NCBI GenBank assembly: GCA_951406725.2
Contig: OX597832.1
Location: 3,658,001 to 3,722,000, forward strand
Length of the DNA: 64,000 bases
Reading direction: 5' to 3'
DNA from: Octopus vulgaris
Taxonomy: Eukaryota
Shown here: piece after piece, positions 39,657 through 53,899 of the stretch
How positions within the stretch are numbered: the stretch's first letter is position 1
Layout of the letters: each line of letters starts with the position of its first letter
Notes under the pieces: generated by a model
Told to the model about the DNA's origin: nothing
Seen by the model: only the letters and a program-made list of their open reading frames with translations
Databases searched by the model: none
Made by a program: the position numbers and the translations under genes

Positions 39657-39730
39657 CCCAAACAGAAGTATCCGGTGTAGTTCAAGTATCGTGTCCGTAG
39701 TAGAAACATAGAAAGGTTTTATGAACAACT
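39130..39730. mobile_element. Microsatellite-embedded interspersed repeat, probably PLE-derived
   Basis: Collinear homologue at 51325-52020 (CAGGACA...CCCTTCATCAGTT...CAAAGCAAATTAAATAAAAT...GCGGAGGGT...GATGGCCG). Confidence 0.65.
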
Positions 39731-40149
39731 TTTTGTATGTAAGTATATTTGCGTATATTCACAATATATTTGAATATAATTAATAATGCCGATACATCTC
39801 TAAAGTTGAATTTTGCAAGCCATTAGGATATGCCAACCGTTTGAAACTGCTTTCAGAAAATTTTATTTCATGACTTAAGTGAATACGATATTTTACTTTA
39901 TATACATCTTATTGTAATTCTAGCTTGATATGTAACACATAAAACTTGGAATTTTATCAGAAATTTGTTTTATTCAGTAGACGCTCCGACGGGGATAGCA
40001 TTTCTGCGGTTTGGGGCATCAATGAAAATACCTCTTCTCAACTCGCTGGCATACGACATAGAACTGATTATGGGGAGAAATATAGAGTTGTCAGTTTAGT
40101 TTCAGAAGTCCTCAGGGACTGTCACGGTGACATTTTGATAGCAACAGAG

Positions 40150-41150
40150 AAACTCTAGAATGACTCTAGAAACTGAAGGTGCTTGAACGTATATGGCCTG
40201 TCTAATAGGTTGAGAGGTATGCGTGGCATGAAAATACATTCTCCCCTGGCACAATCTGTCACAATGGTGGATTTTATAACAAGTTATACCGAAGTTTCGA
40301 CAGCTAGTTTTGTACTGTTGCAGAGTTACGGTGTAGCCAAAGTTTATAGCAACATAATGAGTGTTCATACATTCAATTGCAGATTGTAAGGAGGGACAGC
40401 AACAGGGCGAGAAGAATTGAGGAACTCTGGTGGATAGTTAACAGTACCACTAACATCAACTATGTTGAGAACTGACATACCATCTGGATTGGGTTGGTAT
40501 CTGTTGAATGGTAGTGGCATTAGTATACTGCAGAATGGTAGCTTTTTGAGCCAGTATAGCACGTGCACAAAGCCACCCATGGTTTTCATAATTCTAAGAG
40601 GGGCTAGTATAAATTTATAATAGCACTTCTTGAGATGTATTAATAAGTTGTTATTTATACATTTGAATATTTTCATTCTCAGTGCCAACTAGTCATTGAC
40701 AACTGTTCGTTGCTTCCAACTGAAGTAAACGTTTCTCGAACTCGATTGTTGGGGCATCTACATTAAGTGTATATCGTGTTGTAGAAGGATGAAGCTTTTC
40801 ATCTCGACTCCAAATGTTGATTTTTGGGGGGCAGGTTCTCAACTTATCAACAAGTATTCTTTCGAATAACTGGCAGAATGTACCTGAAATCCTCAGAGAA
40901 TAAGAGAGAGTGATTCAATTCAGTTTTGAGATCTTGAATATATGGCATCGAAATTCTTAAATGCAGGTCTGTGAAACATTGTAGATCATATATTCTGTAT
41001 GGCTTGCTTAAGAAAATCTGCCTGTCAAAATATTTTGCCAATATTTCTCGCAGAGCTGTCATTATGTGCAAGGTTGTGTGGCAGATTAGCAAAGCGTGGT
41101 AGCAAAGCGCTACCGAAACAGTGATCTGATTAAATTTTGTCAAAATTAAT
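40150..41150 (-). pseudogene. Helitron PIF1-type helicase relic
   Basis: LLFSEDFRYILPVI (GDFRQ motif), NYPPEFLNS...VPPYNLQL, LIMLL, LCNSTKL and GECIFMPRIPL...FKHLQF, across frameshifts. Confidence 0.85.
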
Positions 41151-41641
41151 TTGATCCAAAAGTCTTGTCTGCTTTACGTGTAACTTAAGGAAAACTACTC
41201 CTGGGTCACGTTATACCAAATTGTTTGATCATTGTATAAGTATTTTTAAAATCTTTAACTAAGAGGGATTCATTTTAGTGGACATGCAATTCAAGTTCTT
41301 GAATGTTAAAGCTGGTTGCTTGAACAATTAGCTAACTGCACAACTTGCAGTCGTTAATACTGAAGATCCTTATCAGTCATAGAAGACAATACAGTATTTT
41401 CAATGAAGATCAGTGCTTGTTGTACTTAGCAGAGGACGGAAGTTTTCGGACCCTGCTTACACTAAGGAAATTCCTACTGAAGTCCCGGCACCCACAAGCC
41501 GACTAGGTCGATTACGGACAGTGGTCTAAGGGAGACATTCCATTGTGCTTAATCCTTATCCATTGTCCGTAGATTCAACAACTAACCACAAGGTTTTTGT
41601 CTCTTTCCCCTTTGAAGAGAGGTTACTATCCACTGGCATTT

Positions 41642-41701
41642 AGGATCTGAAGAGACGCCATAAAGCCAAGCGCTTTTATGGACATGAAACCAGGGTAACC
41701 T
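41642..41701 (+). ncRNA. Hammerhead-like motif just upstream of a (TA)n tract
   Basis: AGGAT-CTGAAGA-..CCATAAAG/CTTTTATGG..-GAAA-CC(AG)GG-TA-ACCT; stem I and the base of stem II are imperfect. Confidence 0.5.
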
Positions 41702-41728
41702 CATAGACCAGCCATAACTATCTTTATC

Positions 41729-41885
<157 letters not shown>

Positions 41886-42004
41886 TATAGTAAACTCCAT
41901 AAATAAAGGACTCAAGGTACAGCAAAATGCTGAGGACCTGGTTTTCCTTAGTTTTCCAAGGAATTCATTACACAAATTTTGCATACTTGTTTATATTAAA
42001 ATAT

Positions 42005-42195
42005 TGATTTCAAATTTTGGCACAAGGCCAGCAAGTTCGGAGGAGGGAATGAGTCGATTAGATCGACCCCAGTAATGAACTGGTACTTATTTTACAATCC
42101 CGGAAGGATGAAAGGTGGAACTTGAACTCAGTACATGCTGACGGACAAAATGTCGCTAAGTATTTTGCCTAACTTGCTAACGATGCTGCCAGTTT
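42005..42195 (-). mobile_element. SINE family B
   Basis: Reverse complement of family B. Confidence 0.75.
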
Positions 42196-42721
42196 AGTGT
42201 ATATCTTCGTAATAACGAGGACTGTGAGAAGAAGACATTATATCTGAAAATGAAAGAAAAAGGGAGCGCAGAAAGGTGGTAATACTCAAGAGCGAGTTGA
42301 CAGCCACCATATATCTATAACATTACTGAAAAACCTAAAATCTGCTTTCGAATCTGATGGTTGTTTCCTTTGTTTTTTTTCGGTTTTTTTTTTGTAAAAT
42401 GTCGGAACGATTCAACAGTAGTACGTAAAACCGAATGGAAACAATGGCAAGCACGATTTATATCTTTGCATATGAAAATCACAAAATTGTATTGCTCCAT
42501 TGCACCCAATTTCGGATAGACTCTAAATTCTAGTTTGATTCAAGAAAAAACTCTAAATTCAAGTTCGATTCTACAAAAAAAACAAAAAACAAAAAAACAC
42601 GCGAAGAAACAGTACTCTTGATATCAATACTGACTGCAATTGTATTAAACGTAGCAATTTTCCATTAGACTCCGAGTGCCCAGATAGTATTTTAGTTTAT
42701 CAACGCAATGATACCGCCAAT

Positions 42722-42724
42722 AAC

Positions 42725-42756
<32 letters not shown>

Positions 42757-42770
42757 CACAAACACACACG

Positions 42771-42856
<86 letters not shown>
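42722..42856. repeat. (CA)n microsatellite
   Basis: Directly visible. Confidence 0.95.
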
Positions 42857-42860
<4 letters not shown>

Positions 42861-44434
42861 TCTGACATCCCCACTTCACAAATTGTACCAGAATAGCCAT
42901 TTCTATAAAAAAATTTGATGAATAAAAGGAATTCCCTCACTAAATTATTTCAGACTTAAAGGAAAAGGCTATTCACTAAACTCTCAAATGGAGTATAGTG
43001 AATAACTTATTCGGCATTCAAAGGAAATGACTATTCATTCCACCTTCAAATGGAACGTAATATTTAGAGATAAGTCTCATACTGGTAATGAAACACCATG
43101 TAATAAACGCTCAAAGGAAAGAAGGGCTGTTGTATCTGTTAAGGGCAATTTACCCCAAAAAGATTTCGGCATCAACAACTTACCTACGCTACAAAGCTCA
43201 AAGGTTACTCCACTTTTCAAATCTGGAAGTGTACTTACCATAATCCAATGACTAACATTTTCAACTGGGTATTATCTACTTGCTAATTCTAAGTTAACCA
43301 CCATAAATATAAGACAACGAACTCATTCCAAATATTTTATCATCGGTTGAAGAGTTCAAAGTATTTGACAATATTTCTTGTACATTATTTTGGTTACTAT
43401 TGTTCTTACATTATGATTTTCATACTCTCTGATTTTAACGATTTTTCCAATTCATAATCGTATGAACGATATTCTTTGGCAACAGAAAATTTTGTTGAGA
43501 TTATTTCACCATTCCCATATCACTTGGTTCTTGTCTAACTCCTATCTTTCTTTCCCTCTTTCTATCCCATTTCCCCTTCTTATTCTTTATTTTCCATTTC
43601 TCTCTATTCTACCTCTCTTTCTTTCTCTCTCCTGTCTATATTCAATTTATTATTTATTTTCCGATAAATCCAACTTATTTTGAAAATTAGATGCACAGTT
43701 TCTATATTATTGAAAGAATTGAAATTCCAAATTCTTCATTTCACTCTATGGATTCTAGATCATCCCATAGTCGATAGCTATACATTCATACTTTTTCCTC
43801 CTCAGTTCCAAGTTATGTTTGTCAGTTGTATTTAGTAGAACCAGAATATAATGAATTTTCAAAATTATCAATATAATAAAATAAAGTCACATGTTAACAT
43901 TTTTATACATACATACTGTCATACAGACATTCATTCAAGCACATACACGCGGAGAAAAGCACCCACTCATTTGGACACATGTACACATTTCCGAACATAA
44001 CTACAAACTCATATAGGCATTCACATATACATATAGCCAAGCAATACACAAACGCACATACAGACACACGCCTGCATAAACACAGATAAACAGACATGTT
44101 AAGTATATATATGGATACATAAACACACAGAGAGACAAGAAGAATGAGAAACAGAAGGAAAGAGAGAAAGGAATGTTGTAACATGTGAACTGAAAATAAA
44201 ATACAAGAACATACAATCATTGTAATAAAGGACTTAGACGAGGAGGAAGATATTCATGACGACAGATGACGGGATAGGGGCGGGGGTAGAGGAAAATGAG
44301 AAAAAGAGTCGTTTGTTAAAGATTTAAATGTTTTTGTTATTTTTAATTATTTTTCGTAAAAAACATATTCGGGTTTTAAACAATCTGTTGTTTTCTATTT
44401 TAGTTTTTGTTTAGGAAACTGCTACATTCTTAGC

Positions 44435-44900
<466 letters not shown>

Positions 44901-45484
44901 TATCAGTAAATATAATATGTGACAATTATTCAGAAGCCATGATAAAATTCCGTGTTTCGGATGTCGGGGCGGAAACTGACACCGCCATCTCTTCAATTAT
45001 CCGACCATCGAAAAAATGCTATGAAAATGACCGTTAAACAAAGGAAAATTACTGTGTGATTGACTGTTATTAAGACAAAAGAACTATTGGAATGACCGCT
45101 AAGTGAGGCGGGTGAGTAAAGGTAAAGGAGTAAAAATGTTCATAGTATTCACGTAAGCGCGCATGTCCATACCTACACATGCGCGCCCACTCATCCACGT
45201 ACATGCGCCTATACTCATCCACCCTCACTTGAAACACACACATGCTCACCCATACATTCGCCAAAATATATATACATGCACGCTCGTACGCACGCACACG
45301 CACAAATAAAGGTTCCTACACACGTCTATATACGCACATGCAAAAGAAAAAACAAGGTTAAAGGCAAAATACGTATTAAAAAATAAGCAATAAGAGTAAA
45401 AAACATCTATATACGCACATACCCGTATGCACGCACTCATATACACACACGTCTATATACGCGCACATCCGCACACGTCTATAT

Positions 45485-45520
<36 letters not shown>

Positions 45521-45834
45521 ACAAAATAGTTCATACACATATCTATATACGCACATGCACAAGAAAAAACAGGTCTAAAGGCAAAATACACGAAAAAGTG
45601 TAAGAAATGTGTAAAAATAGGCAATGAGTTAAATACGTCTATATATGCACATACTCGCACACACGCACTCATCCACACGCGAGCACAAAAGATTCCATAT
45701 ACACGTCTGTATACGCACAGGGAAAATGCAGGGTGGAAGGCAGAATACAGAAAAAAAATATGTGTAAAAATATATAAGCAATAAACCTATAAAACAATAT
45801 CTATAAATATGTAAGAAATATATATAGATATATT

Positions 45835-46037
45835 ACTCTTTTACTTGTTTCAGTCATGTGACTGTGGCCATGCCGGAGCACCGCCTTTAGTCGAGCAAAT
45901 CGACCCCAGGACTTATTCTTTGTAAGCCTAGTACTTATTCTATGGGTCTCTTTTGCCTGACCGCTAAGTTAGGGGACGTAAACACACCGGCATCGGTTGT
46001 CAAGCAATGTTGGGGAGGGACAAACACAGACACACAA

Positions 46038-46085
<48 letters not shown>

Positions 46086-46276
46086 ACACACACACATATA
46101 CATATATATACACACACATATATACGACGGGCTTCTTTCAGTTTCCTCTACCAAATCCACTCGCAAGGCTTTGGTCGGTCCGAGGCAATAGTAGAAGACA
46201 CTTGCCGAAGGTGCCACGTAGTGGGACTTAACCCGGAACCATGTGGTTCGTAAGCAAGCTATTTACCACACAGCCA
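45835..46276 (-). mobile_element. SINE family A inserted in the PLE 3' region
   Basis: Near-complete reverse copy of 57724-58155. Confidence 0.9.
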
Positions 46277-48236
46277 ATCAAAGAAATATAAGTAAAAAGC
46301 ATAGAGAGATAAACAGCTTGTACATGGACACAATATAGAAAGCAAGTCCTATCTGTAATCTCGGTGGGGGGGGGGGACCAAAAACGTAACAAATATTTAG
46401 CCACACATGGACATGAACCGAAAAGTTCAGTTCTTGAATTCAGACATGTAGCGGGGTCTAAGCTACTTTTCTTGATGAGCCATCTTTCCATATCACAAAG
46501 ACCGCACTTTCCACTGCCGTTGGTTTAGGGCTTAGATTTGGTTAAGATCTTCCAATGGATGTTGTAACTGACACCTTTATCTTTTAAGGATCATGTATGA
46601 CTGGATAATTTGGTCGTTTTCCTTTTGTCCCAGTGCCTGAAGCTCAAGGTGTGATTATTGAACATGGCCTTGAAATTACCCTCTGTAAGGCCCACGTATT
46701 TCTTCGTCGAAACCGTGTCCTTAGTGGATATAGAGTCCACGGTGGCTTCATAAATGATGATCTCGGACATGCAAGCTCCATTTAGCGGGCACAAATTTTT
46801 ATTCCTGCATGAACAGCTGGTTTCATATTGTGGTTTTTGTGTGTTGTGTGCGATTATATTTTTTTAAATTAGTAGTTGAGCCGAAACTGATTTTTAAGTT
46901 ATGTCTATTGAAGAGCTTTCTTTAACTATGGTTGGCTGGAAAATATCTATCTATCAGTGCTAAGAAATACTTGCCTATATTGAAGGACACTTCGGGTGAG
47001 TAGGGGAGTGTGAACCAGATAGTTTTCCCATTCCTATATTTCCTCTTCTTTATTATTGGACTGGTGCCAGGTGTATAGGTTATTTCCTCGCTAAATCCAC
47101 CATCTTTTAGAGCCTTATTATATACTAGTGCAACGCTATTAGAAGTGTCCCTATCGGAGGAGAGGCTAGAAATTCTTTTGCTAATGTTTTTAACTAAATT
47201 TGTACACACTATGGGGCGGGGGATGGCAGGAACCCACATGAATATAACTAAGTCTATTGTTGGGCTTCCTATAAGGTTTATAAATATTCTTATTTAGATC
47301 TAAGGATACATCTAGGAAATTGGCAACCGTCAGGTTGGTGTCTGTAGATATGCTAAGAAAGAAGGTTTTCATCAAATGGATAATGTCCTTCCTAAACCGA
47401 TTTTGTGCTGGTCCATTGGTATTTGCGGTTAAGGCGAGGGCATCATCTTTGTAGATGGCGAAGTATACGTCAGGAAAAGTCTTGCCCAACGTACCGAGTA
47501 GGAATAGTCCAATCTTTTGTGCGCGCGTGTGGATGTGTGCGTGAATGCGAGTATGTGCATATATAGCCGTGTGTGTGTGTGTGCGTGCGTGCGTGCATGC
47601 GAGTATGTGCGTATATAGACGTGTTCTACTCAGTGCCTATTTTTACATATTTTTTACACTTTTTCCTGTATTTTGCCTTTAGCGCTGTTTTTTCTTGTGC
47701 ACGTACGTACGTAGACGTGTGTATGAACTTTTTTGTGCGCGCGCGCGTGTGTGTGCGTATATAGACGTGTGAGGGTGTTCGCGTATATAGACGTTAGTGT
47801 GTTTGTGTGTGCGTGCATACGGGTATGTGCGTATATAGACGTATTTTACTCTTATTGCTTATTTTTTATGCTTATTTTCCCTTTAATCTGTTTTTCATGT
47901 ACATGTACGTATATAGACGTGTGTAGGAACCTTTTTGTGCGCGTGTGCGTGCGAGCGTGCATGTATATATATTTTGGCGAATGTGTGGGTGAGCATGTGT
48001 GTGTTTCAAGTGAGGGTAGATGAGTATAGGCGCATGTACGTGGGTGAGCGGGCGCGCATGTGTAGGTATGGACATGCGCGCTTACGTGAATACTATGAAT
48101 ATTTTTACTCCCTTACCTTTACTCACCCGCCTCACTTAGCGGTCCTTCTAATAGCTCTTTTGTCTTAATAACGGTCAACCACACAGTAATTTCCCTTTGT
48201 TTAACGGTCATTTTCATAGCATTTTTTCGATGGTCG

Positions 48237-48297
48237 GATGATTGAAGAGATGGCGGCGCGGGTTTCTGCCCCGACAACCGAAACTCGGAGTTTTATC
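48237..48297 (+). ncRNA. Hammerhead-like motif in the pseudo-LTR (mirror copy at 44941-45001, - strand)
   Basis: GATGA-TTGAAGA-GATG...-GAAA-CT(CGG)AG-TT-TTATC; the mirror copy has a perfect GATAA/TTATC stem I. Confidence 0.55.
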
Positions 48298-48424
48298 ATG
48301 GCTTCTGAATAATTGTCACATATATTTACAGATAAATTCTTCTACATGATATCGAGGTCTCTTTCATTCTTTTGTTGTCTTACCATTTCTATCAATATAT
48401 ATATATATATATACTTTCAACTAT

Positions 48425-48620
48425 AGGCACAAGGCCTGAAATTTGGGGGAGGTGTAGTCAATTACATCGATCTCAGTACTCAACTGGTAATTAATTTATC
48501 GATCCCGAAAGAATGAAAGGCAAAGTAAACCTTGGCAGAGTTTGAACACAGAAGGTGAAGACGGACGAAATACTCTAAGCATTTCGCCCGGCGTGCTAAC
48601 GATTCTGCCAGCTAGCCGCC
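48425..48620 (-). mobile_element. SINE family B
   Basis: Reverse complement of family B, well preserved. Confidence 0.85.
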
Positions 48621-48638
48621 TTTACACACACACACTCA

Positions 48639-48714
<76 letters not shown>

Positions 48715-48720
<6 letters not shown>

Positions 48721-49450
48721 CAATGATTAAGGGTAGAATCAATTAATTATTAATTAATTAATTTCACCAAGTGGTGTTCAGTATGTAAAAGGACCATTCA
48801 AGGCGTATTCAATATATTACGTTATATAATTAGGGCTCAGTAAAATAATTTACTTAGCCACATACTGAAATTTTTAAAAATAGCAGCCAAAAAAGTTTTT
48901 TTTAGCTATTTCCACTACTTTAAGAAGAGTCTCCCAGATAGTGTTTACTCAAAAATAACTCACGAAGATATGGAGGGAAAATTCAAAATATCACATGTAC
49001 AAAGATTATTTGAGAACGCTCACGTTTCTAGATAAGTCGGATTAAAAACTCGACATTTCTTTCGTCAGCTCAACATTTCTTAATTTGGATTTGAAAGCAC
49101 TAAAAAACTGAACATACCCGTCCGACATGAATGATCTCAGACAAACATCTCCAAGCTGCCAGTGCCAGCAAATTCAAACAGTACGAGTGAAGATTTATGT
49201 TCTTCCCGCCTCCATCCACGTGATTTATATAGTAAACAGGTTATAACGGTGAGAACCGCAGTAAAAGAACAGGGAGAAAGGAATTGTATTATCAATGATT
49301 AAGGGTAAAATCAATTAATTATTAATTAATTTCACCAAGTAGTGTTCAGTATGTAAAAGGACCATTCAAGGCGTATATATATAAATTTATAAATGAGGGT
49401 GAAAAATTGATATTAATTTAATAATACCATTAATTTAACACCAAGTGGCT
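48715..49450 (-). mobile_element. PLE pseudo-LTR-like module with ~90-bp direct repeats
   Basis: TATTATCAATGATTAAGGGT...CAAGGCGTA at 48715 and 49287, plus a third diverged partial copy at ~49395-49450. Confidence 0.75.
49010..49073 (-). ncRNA. Type I hammerhead ribozyme fold
   Basis: TTGAG-CTGACGA-..GTCG/CGAC..-GAAA-CG(TGAG)CG-TT-CTCAA: perfect 5-bp stem I, canonical core, GUU triplet. Confidence 0.65.
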
Positions 49451-49554
49451 TAGCACAAAAAACTAGGGAGAAAATACAAATTTATACATGAATTTATACA
49501 TATGTATATATTTATGTATAATTTATATATAAATTTGTAAACTCTCTAATAATT

Positions 49555-49605
<51 letters not shown>

Positions 49606-49611
<6 letters not shown>

Positions 49612-50460
49612 CTCGGCAATGACACCCCGGTCTCGCGCCATTTCCGCTCTACTGGTCATTCATTACAACACCTGTCTGTGTGAGGATTATCTTTGCACTG
49701 GGGCCATTCGGACTCCCGCCTTCATCGTGAACAGGAATTAATCTTCTCTATTCGTTCCTTTGCCCCACATGGGTACACATCCCCTCCTCTCTTCATCTGA
49801 CACCTACTTCTCTTCACTCCTATCCACCTTCTCTCTTCATTGATACCCTCTCCACCCTACCCACCCCATACATCCCCCTCCCACACACCACACCCCTGCG
49901 CCACATCCTCACCTCACCCCAATCTTCCCCACCCACATCCTCACCCCACCCTTACTTTTCCACAACCACACATCGTCATACCACACCACCCACCACCACA
50001 CCAAAGACCACACCACACCACCCTACACCACTCCACAGTAGCACTGACCACTTTCCAACACCCACACCACATACATCATCTGCACACCCACACACCATCA
50101 TCCGCACACCCACACACCACCATCCACATACCCACATATTACAGGCGCACACACACACACACTCACACAGCCACACGTCAAAGTCATTAGCCCCTATCCA
50201 CACGCACACGCTTACACACTCTCACATGCACAACGCACGCTTACCATTTGGGGATCACCAGTACTTTATTATCTCTCCATCTTCCTAGCTCTCATGTCCA
50301 ACTACCTCTTTTCAACCAGTCGCTAAACTGACGGCTAAATTCACAAGTTTTTAAATTCTCTCTTTGTTTATTTTCTCGTGTTCCTTGCTATTGACGAGCG
50401 TAAGCTCGAAACGTAAAAGACTTTCTCACCTTCCCGAGCGTCAAACTAATACACCATGCA
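49606..50460 (+). mobile_element. PLE 3' end: GIY-YIG C-terminus, C-rich UTR and terminal hammerhead-like motif
   Basis: TPVSRHFRSTGHSLQHLSV*GL...RLHREQELIFSIRSFAPHG (PV..HF...HS and RE...I motifs); GAGC(GTAA)GCTC-GAAACGTA at ~50396-50415. A UTR fragment of the same family is at 3605-3680. Confidence 0.75.
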
Positions 50461-50851
50461 AGCTTAATCTGAGGATGATGATATATGCGCATCTGTGTAT
50501 AGATGTACGTATCCATATGTGTGCATGTTTATCTACATACACACAGACAGACATACAGACAGACACACACACATACACACGCACGCACACACACACATAC
50601 ACACACAAACACACACGCACATACACGTGAATTCATATATATACGTATATCAGATGGAAAAATCAAAGACTCCAAGAAAACTTGGCTGTGTTTTGCCAAA
50701 TTGAAATTTGCATCATCTGGAAAAAGCGCCTGAAGCAAAGTGAAATTGCCGTATTAGAAAGAGTCCCCTTCAATGTAAAGCTGACAGGAGGGAAATAAAA
50801 GAAAAAAATTATCATTTATAGCTGGTTACTCAGCAACATACGTAAATTTAC

Positions 50852-50905
<54 letters not shown>

Positions 50906-50928
50906 GTGAGTATGTGTACTTGTATATA

Positions 50929-50989
<61 letters not shown>

Positions 50990-51030
50990 TTGTAAATGGA
51001 TGCGTGGAGTTCAATCATATAATAATATAA

Positions 51031-51253
51031 GGGTAAAGACCCCCTTCGGTCATGAGTGACCATGGGTTTGTACCTAGAGAGTTACCCTCTGAGGCACAAG
51101 TCTGGGCAAGGTTTTTATATGGAAGACCAGTAGTCGCCCATGCATACCGGCCTCCCCTCTCCACGCCACCAGTGTTATCCAAGGGAAAGACAAAGGTCGA
51201 TACAGCTTGGCACCTGTGACGTCGCAACTCATTTCTACAGCTGAGTGAACTGA
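51031..51253 (-). mobile_element. SINE family C lacking its tRNA head
   Basis: Homologous to the body of 13580-13902. Confidence 0.85.
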
Positions 51254-51324
51254 ACTAATATATAAATATATATGCATACATACAGATATATATGTACATA
51301 CATATATTTGTATATACATGAATA

Positions 51325-52020
51325 TATGGGCACAGGACACCACGGAAAGTAAACAACATAAAATAAACATAAAATACGAAAACAACATGAAATACGAAAT
51401 GCGACAACATAGAATACGAACTTACTTTCCGAACAACGAAAGAAACAAACGGAAAACAAGACAAGCAACACGAAAAAAATGAACCCTTCATCAGTTACTG
51501 GCTGTTTTTCTACTTCGTATTTCGAGCATTTCACAACAAGATACGTTTTCGACATAACAGTTGCTCCCGCAAAGCAAATTAAATAAAATTGGGATTTGCG
51601 GAGGGTCAAAATTGGTAACAAAAACAACACAATGAAAACAGACAGGAAGGGCTGCTAAGCCTAGACATGTTGAGTTGGTGAACGCGTTGAAACAAGCTCT
51701 GACAGATGACAGAATGCGTCCAATACCTGTGACTGATCAGAGAGAAGGAAGGAAATTAAGTTAGGAGAAAAAGATGGCCGACGGTCACATACGAGCCACG
51801 AGAGAGCAAAGGCGGAAGACTGAGGGAAAGAGAGAGGGACAGACAAAGAACGGCGAAGGGGAGGGGAAAGGAAGGATGAGAGAGGAAAACGAAAAAGAGA
51901 GGAGATAAAGAGAATAGAGATAGGAAGATAGAGGAAATGAAAGAGGGGAAGAAAAAGGACAGAAAGTGTGTCGCATCGATATTATTAAGATAAAACTTAC
52001 TTAGAAATGGATGCGTCGCG
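51325..52020. mobile_element. Homologue of the 39130-39730 repeat
   Basis: Shared collinear blocks (see 39130). Confidence 0.65.
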
Positions 52021-52057
52021 TTCAATCATATAATAATATAAATAAAAATAATATAAA

Positions 52058-52354
52058 TCTTTATATATAAAAGTGAAGATGTGTGTCTGTCTCCTACGAT
52101 TTAAATTCCTAACTACTCCCACATTTTGCGGTGCAGTTTAACCAAAACCGGGTATCTTATAGTCGTGATTCATATCGAGCCCTTCTGGGTATTAGCGCGC
52201 GTCTACGATGAGTCTACGATTTAAAAAAAATTACCATAATTTTCTCCCATTTTTAATGCATTTTTTTGCTATTATATAAGGGAAGTAACTCTCTAATAAT
52301 GCTTATATAGTTATTTCCCTTACAAACCCGAGCAACGCCGGGCGATACTGCTAG
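52058..52354 (+). mobile_element. Non-autonomous Helitron, internally deleted
   Basis: A|TC...CCCGAGCAACGCCGGG...CTAG|T; ends nearly identical to 16665-17300. Confidence 0.88.
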
Positions 52355-53842
52355 TAATATATAAATATATATATGCATACATACACATATATATGTACGC
52401 ATGCATATATATATGTACAATTAGATGTCCTGTTTGAGTTTAGAACTCTACGTAGATTATTATCATCCTGTCTGCTTCGTGTATAGTTGTTCGTCTACTA
52501 CTCTACAAAGAAGTATTACTGGTTATGATATTAAAGCCAAATGTAAGAGATATTATGATAGACACAACTTTATAGCACTTGTTCCTACGTATGTTTCACC
52601 TTTGTGGTTATTTGGAACTCTGCATTGGATGTTCCAAGTACAACTGGGTGCTTAACCACAACGGATCATCAAGGGAACACACACACACACACAGACACAC
52701 ACGCACACACACACAACATATAGTAATTTACACAAAGTAGGTATGATATTCAATGATTTATAGAACCTACACTGATTTATAGAACATACAATGATTTATT
52801 GAACATGCCGTAATAATTATCTAACAGTTGCGGAAGCATCATGAATCTTGCATTTCACTTTGTAACGTGTTGCGCTTCACAGCGCCATATACATACGTAG
52901 GGTAGTTCGATCCGGTAAGGTTTTTGTACAGGTGATTACTAAGCATCAAACATGTAACGACTTGTATAAATGACATAAAGTGGATGATACTCAGTCAAGT
53001 TTATTATATGTATCTCATTATTCAGTTTATTTCAAGATTTATCAATAAAGAAAGAATAGGTTTCTAACCTAGATCTAAGACTCCTTCATTGAGATTTCAA
53101 CATCAACAAAATGGTATTTTTGTATGTATGTATGTATGTATGAATGTGCAGATTTGTATGTTTTATGAATGTATTCTCATGCATATAGTTGCATATCTAG
53201 ACATGCCCATATATCTTGTGGTGCACCTGAGTATTGTGGTGCACCTGAGTATTGTAGTGCACCTGAGCACTGTATACAATAATTTCATTATTATTTTTTT
53301 TATCTTTAAATGATAAACTTCTGGAAAGTTTTACAGATTTTTACAGTTCAAGTGATGGATTGGATCTGTAGTCTTCGAATTAGCTTTCTCCTTTCTGGTT
53401 TTGAGAAGCCTAATTTCTCAAGATTGGTATTTAGGCAGTTGTTACATATCCCAGTGCCCCGATAATTACAGGTTTAAATTTGTACTTTTAATCTGGATAA
53501 AGTAACTGCAGATTTCTCAATAGTTCAGCATAGGTTTTCTCTTTTTTCACTGATCTTCAGCTTTATATTAACATCCGCTGGGCAGCTAATTTCCATGTAT
53601 GTATGTATGTATGTATGTATGTATGTATGTATGTATGTATGTATGTATGTATGTATGTATGTATGTATGTATGTATGTATGTATGCATGTATTGGTTTTG
53701 GGTGTTGAAAATGCACCTGAGTCTTAAAACGTAGTAGTTTTTAAATTTTGTAAAATCTAAGTGCATTTTCAACCCCATCCCAACACCACGCCTATATCCT
53801 TTCCTGCGGGGGAAAGCACTACTTTTCTACACACACACACAA

Positions 53843-53899
<57 letters not shown>

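Larger units (their letters stand above)
44901..48334 (-). mobile_element. Penelope-like retroelement, 5'-truncated, with inverted pseudo-LTR
   Basis: Arms 44901-45694 and 47511-48334 are inverted. Interior: RT (YKDD, NFLDV, YRKP, SCHPP) then GIY-YIG endonuclease (CSCRNKNLCPLNGAC, IIY, YVGLTE, KCGLC, LNSRTEL) with stops and frameshifts. Confidence 0.92.

Noticed and set aside
46591-46593. In-frame TGA in the PLE endonuclease as possible selenocysteine
   Set aside because: It falls at a position that is normally Trp (LS..IW.LK), and a TAA and frameshifts lie nearby, so it is ordinary decay.
53216-53269. Three 18-bp repeats TTGTGGTGCACCTGAGTA as CRISPR-like
   Set aside because: No spacers and eukaryotic context; a simple tandem duplication.
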